A stretch of 28,673 nucleotides of DNA from a virus. Lineage: Duplodnaviria > Caudoviricetes. The DNA lies in IMG/VR virus record IMGVR_UViG_3300044513_002633, positions 1-28,673 of that record. The stretch is one strand, 5' to 3'. The notes beneath the pieces were generated by a model. It saw nothing but the letters and a program-made list of their open reading frames with translations. It was not told where the DNA came from and did not search any database. Below are positions 1 through 7,144 of the stretch, piece after piece (position 1 is the stretch's first letter; each line of letters opens with the position of its first letter). A program made the position numbers and the translations under genes.

Positions 1-3000
1 GACGACCACTACCAAAGTCATCAGTCTCACTTTCAAGAGCAGATCCAGAGATTGTAATGGTTCCACTACCAGTATATTTTGGAGTGAGATCAATGTCTGG
101 ATGATCGAGATCTCCAGAGATGGTGATTGTACCGAATGGATAGATATCGGATGTTATTCCACTGGTGATAGATCCAAGTTCATCGGTATTTTCTGTTGCA
201 ACTTCTGCAACGGATCCATAATCTGCAGAAAGTTCAGTAGTGGTAAATAGTGAACCATAGTCAAGAAGTTGTTCACCAAGAGTACGAATAGAACTTTCGT
301 TGTAGCTCTTCGTTCTTCTTTCTGACTTGGTTCCAGAAACTACTATGTCGTCTGTTGCAACTTCGGATGAAGTAAACTTGACAATAGATGTTCCAGAAAT
401 ATTGAGTGTTCCAACACCAGTATACTCTGGAGTATAATCCGTGACTGCAGAACCATAGATATCGAATAGTCCAGTAGAAACCTCGTCGAATGTTGCATCG
501 ATTTCCGCAGATCCAAGGATACTGAATGTACCGAATGGATAGATGTCCTCAGATGAAGCGAGATCTACGAGAGTTAGTAGATCTTCTGCTTGTGCATGTA
601 TCTCAGTAACAAGTCCATAATCTTCAGTGACGGAAATACCATCACCAATAGATCCACTGTCAGTGTCTCCAGCAATGAATATGGATTCTTCGTTATAGTC
701 AAAGGTGAAGGATTCAAGTTTTTGGCCAAATCCAAACAGAGTACCAGTTGTATCATCTGGACTAAAGGTACGACGTACAATAGCCTCTGCATAGATATTG
801 ACATTTCTGTACTCAACACCTGCAGATCCAGAAATTGCAAGAGTTCCAAATGGAGTTGTACCCTCAATTGTTTCTTCGGTTAATCCACTATCACCGAATG
901 ATGTTGGTATTTCTGTTATGAGACCATAATCTTCTGTCGAAGTTACACCAGAAGTAATTGATCCAGAATCTTCTATTCCAAATTCTCTTATGGAATCTAT
1001 GTTGTAATCATAAGCAACGCTTTCTTCAGCACCATCAATTGTAAATAGAGTTCCAGTCGTATCATCTGGACTGTATGCAACTCTTACCTTGGACTCTACA
1101 TTAACATCATCGTAGAACTTAGCATCAATGTATACTAGTCCAGCAGTTCCAGTTACATTAAATAAACCAAATGGAGTTAGTGTTGTTACATCTTCAACCG
1201 CTCCATTGTCATCCTCACCATCATCCAATATTTCGGAAACAAATCCATAGTCAACAAATTCAGTTGTTGGATTATCAATGGATCCAGAGTCTTCAATTAT
1301 ATAAGATAGTACCGAAGATTCATTGTAATCATAAGTTACAATCTCTTCTACCTCACCAATACTGAATAGAGATCCACCACCGACTTCATTATAAACAACT
1401 GGTGCAAACTCACTAGATTCCGAGAGTGAAATAAATGCCTGAGTTGTTGGTGGTATTGCAATAGTTCTTTCAACACCGCCGCCAGAATAGGTGAAGAGTC
1501 TAGGTGTATATTCTAGAGGACTTAAGACATAACCAGTTATAGCATAATTATCAAATTGAGGACCACTGCTGTTCTGTTGGAAGAACCTTAGAGTGGTGGT
1601 ATTTGTTCTAGCTCCTTCTGGTAAAGAAAGAGTTACATCATTTAAAGTCTGGAAGTCATTATCATTTTCAGCAACAATAGTTCCAATTGTTATCCAAGTT
1701 GGATCAGTTGCAGTCTTATACTGTAATAGTAGATTTTCATTTGTCTCTGGATCTTCTCCACCATTTCCACTATTACCTCTAACAGCAGAAATAGTTATTG
1801 ACGCATATCTTTCGAGATCTAATGGTAGTAATTCTGCCCATCTTGGACCACCAGCACCAACGAAATTGATGTGTCTTTCGATGTTAAATCCACCGTAAGC
1901 ACCAACACCAGTTCCTCTATCGGAGAACGCAACACCAACGAAGGAACTTGTGTTTAAGCCAGTTTGTACGTAGTCCTCTAGGAACTTATAGACCTTAACA
2001 AGAGGAACATCATATATCTTATTCTCTCTAGGATCAGCAGATCCAACAATGGTGATAGTACCGAATGCTCCAGTATCCTCTCCAAGGATGACAGTGGAGT
2101 AATCTTCTTGTCCCTGACTTACGACATCATAAACATATCCATAGTCAAGAGATAGTGTAATTGGATCAGATACCGATCCACTGGATTCAGTTACAAATCC
2201 AACTGTGGAATCTAAAGTATAATCATATGTTACACTCTCTAGTTTTTCACCGAAGCCGAACAGAGATCCAGTTCCAACTTCACTAAGTATTCTGAGTGGT
2301 ACATCAGATTCTCCAGAGATTGAAAGAATTCCACTTCCAACTTCTGTTTGTGGGGTAAAGGACTCAAGTCCATTTCCAGTAATTACAATGTTTACCGTAT
2401 CTTCTGGTGTCTGGGAATCTAATTTTTCTAGACCGAATCCAGAAATTGTAATAATTCCGAATGGATATACATCTTCACCAGCAGAGAATCCGAGAATAGA
2501 TCCAATGTCTTCTGATTGTGTATGAGTGTCAGTTACTACTCCATAATCTTCAGTAATCGTTGCAGCAACACCAATCTCTCCATAATTTGGAGTTCCAACA
2601 ACAAGTATAGAATCTTCATTATAATCGTATGCAACCGACTCAAGTTTCTGACCAAATCCAAATAGAGTTCCTTCCGTATTATCTGGACTATAAACAACCT
2701 TGACTTCAGCTCCAGGAGTATCACTATAGAAGTTCTTATCTGTGTATTCTACTTCAGCAGAACCAGAAACAGTGAATAGACCAAATGGAGTTGATCCTTC
2801 AAGTGATTCATCAATCGCTGCATAATCTTCAAACGATGTAGGAACATCAGTTACTGATCCGTAGTTGTCAACTATAGTTGGTGAATCTGATATGGACTGA
2901 GAATCCTGTATTACAAATTCTCTTACAGAATCTTCAGTGTAGTTAAAGACAACAATTTCAGATATTCCACCAACTCCAAATAGACTTCCCTCACCTTCAG

Positions 3001-4351
3001 CTGGACTATAAACAACCTTAACTTCGGCTCCAGGAGTGTCACTGTAGAAGTTCTTATCTGTGTACTCTACTTCAGCGGAACCAGAAACAGTGAATAGACC
3101 AAATGGAATTCCATCCCCAGCACCAAAGGCAACTGTATCATAGTCTATAAATGTAGTAGTTAAATCTGCAACTAAACCATAATCATCTGTTTCAGTTACA
3201 GACTCTGTAGTTGATCCAACATCTTCAGTTTCAAACGGAACAACAGAATCACTATTATAATCAAATACTACGGACTCTAATAAATCACCAACCTTGAAGA
3301 GATATGCTGTATTTTCTGGTGGGTTATATGATATTGCATAATCGGCACCAGTATCATAAGTCTTGATATCTGCTGGTTTTCTAACAAACGCAGATCCACT
3401 GAATGAAGCTGTACCAAATGGAGTATTTGATTCCGCAAATATAATTAGTCCTTGATCTTCTTCACCCTGACTTAGAGAACTTGAAACAAGACCATAATCC
3501 AGAGTTTGGGTTATTGGATCAGATACTGTTCCATAAGGATCGGATTCAAAAATTGTTACAGAACTTTCATTGTAATGAATAGTTTTCTTCCCAATTCCCT
3601 GGCCAGAAGGTATTAGATTTATTTCGTCTTCTGGAGGATTGCCTATGAAGGAATCGAAAGCACTACCTGTGATTCCAATAGTTGCTGTGCTTTCTGGAGT
3701 ATTCCAGGAAACTTGCTCGACAAGAGTTCCAGAAAGTGCAAGTAATATGGTGTTTACATCATCAGTGACTGCAGCATAAGAAGCACCACTATTAATAATA
3801 ATATTTCCTGTAGCAGAAGAAGTTTCAGAAAGTATCTCTGTACTTCCGTAGTCTTCCTGACCCTCTGTTACTGAATCTAATACATTTCCATAGTCAAGAG
3901 TCTCTGCAACTGGATCAGATATTGATCCATCGTCGCCTGAAGAGAATGTGACGTTTGAATCTAGATTATAATCGTAAGCTACTTTTTCAATGCTAGAGAT
4001 CTCAGATTCTAGGGATCCTGCAGTTATATCGTCACTAGATATAAACTTCTCTATTGCAGATCCAGAAATAGTGATTCCTGCATCGCCTGAATATGAATAT
4101 GATCTTCTTTCGTTAATATAACCGCTTATCGTATGTGTGGCTATTCCCACCCATGATGCTTTTACGATAAATGCGCCATAAATTGAAATAACCCCCGTTG
4201 CAGAGTTGGGGATGGTTATTTCATTATTATAAATTCTTGAAAAACTTTCGTTAAGGTTTGAGGCTAATACTAATGGTCCACCTACTGCACCGCCGCCCCA
4301 AATCTCTGGATCTGGTTGTTTACAATCTGCGTTATAATGGAAGGTATTCAC
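1..4351 (-). CDS. Giant acidic repeat virion structural or fibre-associated protein, 3'-partial (>=1450 aa), absent from the ORF track
   Basis: Hand translation from GTG at 4351-4349 (GGAGGT Shine-Dalgarno 5 nt upstream, GTGA overlap with the upstream stop) gives MNTFHYNADCKQPDPEIWGGG...TITISGSALESETDDFGSGR. The frame is the same at both ends and open to base 1, apart from one mis-printed 11-character block near 4111-4121 (see rejected list). It has 10 copies of a [YF]DYN...DxG...DYG...PFG module and one inserted globular domain. Confidence 0.9.
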   Translation of the reverse strand, partial: MNTFHYNADCKQPDPEIWGGGAVGGPLVLASNLNESFSRIYNNEITIPNSATGVISIYGAFIVKASWVGIATHTISGYINERRSYSYSGDAGITISGSAIEKFISSDDITAGSLESEISSIEKVAYDYNLDSNVTFSSGDDGSISDPVAETLDYGNVLDSVTEGQEDYGSTEILSETSSATGNIIINSGASYAAVTDDVNTILLALSGTLVEQVSWNTPESTATIGITGSAFDSFIGNPPEDEINLIPSGQGIGKKTIHYNESSVTIFESDPYGTVSDPITQTLDYGLVSSSLSQGEEDQGLIIFAESNTPFGTASFSGSAFVRKPADIKTYDTGADYAISYNPPENTAYLFKVGDLLESVVFDYNSDSVVPFETEDVGSTTESVTETDDYGLVADLTTTFIDYDTVAFGAGDGIPFGLFTVSGSAEVEYTDKNFYSDTPGAEVKVVYSPAEGEGSLFGVGGISEIVVFNYTEDSVREFVIQDSQSISDSPTIVDNYGSVTDVPTSFEDYAAIDESLEGSTPFGLFTVSGSAEVEYTDKNFYSDTPGAEVKVVYSPDNTEGTLFGFGQKLESVAYDYNEDSILVVGTPNYGEIGVAATITEDYGVVTDTHTQSEDIGSILGFSAGEDVYPFGIITISGFGLEKLDSQTPEDTVNIVITGNGLESFTPQTEVGSGILSISGESDVPLRILSEVGTGSLFGFGEKLESVTYDYTLDSTVGFVTESSGSVSDPITLSLDYGYVYDVVSQGQEDYSTVILGEDTGAFGTITIVGSADPRENKIYDVPLVKVYKFLEDYVQTGLNTSSFVGVAFSDRGTGVGAYGGFNIERHINFVGAGGPRWAELLPLDLERYASITISAVRGNSGNGGEDPETNENLLLQYKTATDPTWITIGTIVAENDNDFQTLNDVTLSLPEGARTNTTTLRFFQQNSSGPQFDNYAITGYVLSPLEYTPRLFTYSGGGVERTIAIPPTTQAFISLSESSEFAPVVYNEVGGGSLFSIGEVEEIVTYDYNESSVLSYIIEDSGSIDNPTTEFVDYGFVSEILDDGEDDNGAVEDVTTLTPFGLFNVTGTAGLVYIDAKFYDDVNVESKVRVAYSPDDTTGTLFTIDGAEESVAYDYNIDSIREFGIEDSGSITSGVTSTEDYGLITEIPTSFGDSGLTEETIEGTTPFGTLAISGSAGVEYRNVNIYAEAIVRRTFSPDDTTGTLFGFGQKLESFTFDYNEESIFIAGDTDSGSIGDGISVTEDYGLVTEIHAQAEDLLTLVDLASSEDIYPFGTFSILGSAEIDATFDEVSTGLFDIYGSAVTDYTPEYTGVGTLNISGTSIVKFTSSEVATDDIVVSGTKSERRTKSYNESSIRTLGEQLLDYGSLFTTTELSADYGSVAEVATENTDELGSITSGITSDIYPFGTITISGDLDHPDIDLTPKYTGSGTITISGSALESETDDFGSGR
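1523..1945 (-). other. Reelin-subrepeat-like / galactose-binding jelly-roll domain inserted in the repeat protein
   Basis: Translation HINFVGAGGPRWAELLPLDLERYASITISAVRG...PETNENLLLQYKTATDPTWITIG...VTLSLPEGARTNTTTLRFFQQNSSGPQFDNYAIT shows the ordered motifs of Reelin subrepeats as I recall them. Confidence 0.6.
2683..3107. repeat. 107-nt direct repeat pair (2683-2789 and 3001-3107)
   Basis: 101/107 identical by manual alignment, with copies 318 nt (106 codons) apart. Both encode PFGLFTVSGSAEVEYTDKNFYSDTPGAEVKVVYSP. Confidence 0.95.
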
Positions 4352-4716
4352 AAAACACCTCCACCTGAAACATCAGGTATTACCTCTCTCTTCATATCGT
4401 TAGAGAGTTGGAAAAGAACGCTGAATCCAATCCAACGAAGAACAATTCCATTAAAGATAATTGATCTGGAGTTAAGATCAAGATATCTCTTGAATATAGA
4501 ATTGTTCTTCTTATACTTAGTCTTACCACCAATTTTAACGCCACCAAAAGGAGTTAAAGTCTCATTACAAGTAATATCATAAAAATCATCGTTGGATTCA
4601 GTAGTCTCAACAAGATTTCCACAGTCAATTACTTCCCAAGAAGAGTCTGTTAAAAAACCAGAGTCATCTTGGGAATATTCGTTAATAGTAGATGAATTAT
4701 ATACGTAAATATTCAT
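4348..4716 (-). CDS. 122-aa protein, a stand-alone copy of the YDYN/DYG/PFG module
   Basis: ORF track. YVYNSSTI...DDSG...IDCG...DDF...TLTPFG matches the module repeated in the downstream gene, and its TGA overlaps the next GTG. Confidence 0.8.
   Translation of the reverse strand: MNIYVYNSSTINEYSQDDSGFLTDSSWEVIDCGNLVETTESNDDFYDITCNETLTPFGGVKIGGKTKYKKNNSIFKRYLDLNSRSIIFNGIVLRWIGFSVLFQLSNDMKREVIPDVSGGGVL
4357..4362 (-). promoter_or_regulatory. Shine-Dalgarno GGAGGT for the GTG start at 4351
   Basis: Minus strand reads GGAGGT-GTTTT-GTG. Confidence 0.75.
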
Positions 4717-4744
4717 CCTTCACAACGTTAAAAGACCTATTAAT

Positions 4745-4775
4745 AAAAAAGGGGATTGCATTTATTACAATCCCC
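4745..4775 (-). terminator. Rho-independent terminator after the 335-aa gene
   Basis: Minus-strand RNA GGGGAUUGUA-AUAAA-UGCAAUCCCC forms a 10-bp stem with one U.G pair, followed by UUUUUU, 30 nt past the stop at 4805. Confidence 0.9.
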
Positions 4776-4790
4776 AAAAAATCAATGATG

Positions 4791-4802
4791 TATTTATTTA
4801 TG
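4791..4802 (-). promoter_or_regulatory. Two overlapping late-promoter-like boxes (CATAAATA and AATAAATA)
   Basis: Minus strand reads CATAAATAAATA, matching NATAAATA twice. It lies between the stop codon and the terminator. Confidence 0.45.
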
Positions 4803-4804
4803 AA

Positions 4805-5812
4805 TCAGTCAAGAGCGACGTTTAGAGTGATCTTGATTTGATCTCCATTGTTCTGAATGCTGTAAGGACCATTTGTGAATCTTTCAGCATACATGATTGA
4901 ACTATAGAGGGTGCAAGTGTCAAGTCCAACACTAACGTTCATTGTTGGATTTAGAGCTGGTGAAGTATAGAACTCATCAGCATTTGGAACACTGAATACG
5001 GTGTAAGTTGCACTTTCGGTGACGGTGTTTCCTGTACCAGCAGCAACATAAATTACGTCACCAGCAACTAATTGGTGACCAGTTGAAGTGATCTTACCAT
5101 AACTGAAGCTGACTTCTGGTGAAGTAGCAACCTGAATGTTATCGATTAGTGGTAGGTCTAGGTAGATAACCTTGAGTGCTCTGTCGATGCCGATGACGGT
5201 TGTTCCGGTTTGAATACCAGCGTTACCACCAACAACCATTCCAAGGGTTAGGTCATCAACACTCTGATCTGGGTCGATAGTAATGTACTGATTTCCAACA
5301 ACTCCGATTACTGGATCGGTGTTATCTCCCTTAACAACAGTTGTTCCAACACCAACGTTTGCTCCGTGTACAACACCCTGAACGGCAACAGGCATGTTGT
5401 TTGCACGGGTTACATAGTAACCATAAACATCACCTGCGTCACCAGTGAATGTAAATGTCTGTTCTGGATAGGTTGCGGTTGTACCCGAACCAACGTTATT
5501 GATTCTCCAACGTGATCCGTTTAGAAGAATACCTGTTTGTGATGTGTAATTTTGATCGGTTCTGTTATTTACACAATATGGATAACCAGTTGATGGTGCA
5601 TATCCATATGAGTTAGTATTACCGACTCCATATGGCTCATAATAAGCGGTAGCAGAAGGAACATCCGATTCCGCTGGAGTCGTATTACTAGTGAAGAGCT
5701 TGAGAACGAGATTTCTTGGTGATTGGTCAGCCAAGGCAGCAGTATGATTATTCTGTGCAATCAGATACCTTAGTGACTCAATTTCCCCAATATTAGGAAC
5801 TAATAGTGCCAT
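4805..5812 (-). CDS. 335-aa virion structural protein, putative abundant fibre or filament subunit
   Basis: ORF track, with an AAGGAG SD, a dedicated late promoter and a terminator. Core motifs LKLFTSNTTP / YPEQTFTFTG..VYGYYV / YAERFTNGPY.I.NNGDQIKIT resemble a phage structural family, with two beta domains inserted. Confidence 0.8.
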   Translation of the reverse strand: MALLVPNIGEIESLRYLIAQNNHTAALADQSPRNLVLKLFTSNTTPAESDVPSATAYYEPYGVGNTNSYGYAPSTGYPYCVNNRTDQNYTSQTGILLNGSRWRINNVGSGTTATYPEQTFTFTGDAGDVYGYYVTRANNMPVAVQGVVHGANVGVGTTVVKGDNTDPVIGVVGNQYITIDPDQSVDDLTLGMVVGGNAGIQTGTTVIGIDRALKVIYLDLPLIDNIQVATSPEVSFSYGKITSTGHQLVAGDVIYVAAGTGNTVTESATYTVFSVPNADEFYTSPALNPTMNVSVGLDTCTLYSSIMYAERFTNGPYSIQNNGDQIKITLNVALD

Positions 5813-5820
5813 TTAAACAA

Positions 5821-5826
5821 CTCCTT
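5821..5826 (-). promoter_or_regulatory. Shine-Dalgarno AAGGAG
   Basis: Located 8 nt upstream of the ATG at 5812. Confidence 0.85.
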
Positions 5827-5858
5827 ACAACTTTGGTGACGTTTGATTTAACTATCTT

Positions 5859-5866
5859 TATTTATA
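5859..5866 (-). promoter_or_regulatory. T4-type (gp55-dependent) late promoter TATAAATA
   Basis: Perfect TATAAATA overlapping the upstream TAA, 47 nt before the 335-aa start. Confidence 0.85.
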
Positions 5867-6539
5867 ATTTTAATTTTAAAGAGATTAGGAACCTATTAAT
5901 GTTATTGACCGCAATAACATCAAAGGTCAAGATATCACCAGCAACGATTGTCTTATCCCAATTATTTAGTACATCATCTTTAACTTTTCTTGCATTTAAG
6001 AATTGGGGGTATACGCCACCAACTATTGATGTGAATGTTGGGAAATTGGTATAATTTGACTTTTTGATGTCCAAAGTCAAGTCACCTTCTTGATCAGAAA
6101 ATATAGTGAGTGACTCAATAATTCCACTAACATCAATAGTTACAGATCCCTTGTTACCAGATAACATTGCAATAGACCCACTATCTACGATGTAATTAAC
6201 GGTTCTTGTTAAATCTGCAGTTGTGGCTAAAGCGACAATAGTACAATTTTGTCCATTTGTAGGTGGATTTGTAAAAATTATGTTACTACCAGAAATAGTA
6301 AAATCTTTTACTGGTTTCAAAATAGTGTTATTCACCATGACCAAAAGTTGTTGGTCATTGATAGGTACATAAGGCGCACCATCTTTGGCTAAAGCAAATG
6401 CAGTTTCAACTCCATCAAACTGAGAACTAATATCATCTAAAATGATATTACCATATTGTATGGATTTTGTTGGAATTTCATAATCAACACCAATCCTATA
6501 TGGACCAGGTTCGTTCAGCGTTACTATGTAATCCGACAT
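5862..6539 (-). CDS. 225-aa two-domain virion protein, putative fibre anchor or adaptor
   Basis: ORF track. The N-domain DDISSQFDG..AFAL..LLVMVNNTILKP..FTISGSNIIFTNPP matches modules in gp7, and the C-domain is beta-sandwich-like (W.KTIVAGDILTFDV). It has a TAATG overlap with the upstream gene. Confidence 0.8.
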   Translation of the reverse strand: MSDYIVTLNEPGPYRIGVDYEIPTKSIQYGNIILDDISSQFDGVETAFALAKDGAPYVPINDQQLLVMVNNTILKPVKDFTISGSNIIFTNPPTNGQNCTIVALATTADLTRTVNYIVDSGSIAMLSGNKGSVTIDVSGIIESLTIFSDQEGDLTLDIKKSNYTNFPTFTSIVGGVYPQFLNARKVKDDVLNNWDKTIVAGDILTFDVIAVNNINRFLISLKLKL

Positions 6540-6871
6540 TATGATACTCCTGGAGTTACTAGAACATTGCCCTGAACTGCTCTACTTCTGTAAGAGTTCG
6601 GAGAAATCAATATAACATCATAGACATATCTGCCGCCTTCCATTGCATCAGTAGCAGAATATCCCATAGAAATCCTAACCTTCCCATTCAATCTGTCTGG
6701 AAATTCTATAGTCAATGGATATGCGGTGGATGATGAGGGATGTTTTCTTATTGAAGAAATTCCAGAATATCCAGTCAAATTTAATGGAGCATTATTAGTA
6801 TTATTGATTGTGAAGGTTGCCTGAAAATCAACCCCCTGTTCAAGAACTAAGTTTACATTCCTTGCCGCCAT
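6539..6871 (-). CDS. 110-aa conserved phage Ig-like protein (BppU-N/LtfC-like fibre attachment fold)
   Basis: ORF track. Motifs EQGVDF, PLNLTGY, IRKH, GRYVYDV and QGNVLVTPGVS are typical of this small family in T4-like cyanophages. Confidence 0.75.
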   Translation of the reverse strand: MAARNVNLVLEQGVDFQATFTINNTNNAPLNLTGYSGISSIRKHPSSSTAYPLTIEFPDRLNGKVRISMGYSATDAMEGGRYVYDVILISPNSYRSRAVQGNVLVTPGVS

Positions 6872-6891
6872 TATTAGAGCCCGTTTCTAAG

Positions 6892-6899
6892 TATTTATG
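6892..6899 (-). promoter_or_regulatory. Late promoter CATAAATA
   Basis: NATAAATA box overlapping the upstream TAA, 21 nt before the ATG at 6871. Confidence 0.7.
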
Positions 6900-7140
6900 A
6901 ATTAGAGTCTAACTTTTGAATGATAAGTTTCATCATGTCTTTCATTTCACTAACATCAGATTTTAATTGATCAATTTCATTTACCTTTTCCTTCATCTCA
7001 TTAAGTTTAGAAACTTCTTTAAGTTTTTGATTTTTTAATTCCAGGTATCTTTCATAATCTGTATTGGAACAATTTAAGATAGCACTGGAATTTTCGTCAC
7101 GAAACAATCCCTTGTTTCCCTCTACTGGTATTAAACTCAT
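6895..7140 (-). CDS. 81-aa small coiled-coil protein following vrlC
   Basis: The ATG at 7140 (MSLIPVEGNKGLFRDENSSAILN...), 4 nt after the vrlC stop, is preferred over the track start at 7188, which overlaps vrlC. The C-terminal half has a heptad pattern. Confidence 0.8.
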   Translation of the reverse strand: MSLIPVEGNKGLFRDENSSAILNCSNTDYERYLELKNQKLKEVSKLNEMKEKVNEIDQLKSDVSEMKDMMKLIIQKLDSNS

Positions 7141-7144
7141 AATT

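Larger units (their letters stand above)
130..3980 (-). repeat. Ten degenerate ~57-aa acidic 'YDYN...DYG...PFG' protein modules separated by beta-rich linkers
   Basis: Modules begin near 3976, 3577, 3265, 2947, 2629, 2227, 1333, 1012, 703 and 307. Example: AYDYNIDSIREFGIEDSGSITSGVTSTEDYGLITEIPTSFGDSGLTEETIEGTTPFG. Confidence 0.85.

Noticed and set aside
2683-3107. Diversity-generating retroelement TR/VR pair
   Set aside because: The mismatches are all synonymous and not confined to adenines of one copy, both copies are mid-gene, and there is no reverse transcriptase in the window.
4111-4121. Apparent frameshift and stop in the giant ORF: the printed block 'cgttaataata' has 11 characters and read literally gives TAA in frame
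   Set aside because: Line numbering requires 60 nt, and the frames above and below agree only if the block has 10 nt (..ISGIINERRSYSY..). I treat it as a display artefact, but it should be verified in the source file.
574-4582. Short ORF-track calls over the left 4.5 kb (574-867, 590-883, 1171-1365, 1593-1898, 2536-2724, 4316-4582)
   Set aside because: These are antisense or off-frame shadows of the 4351-start gene and the 122-aa gene, with no recognisable motifs.
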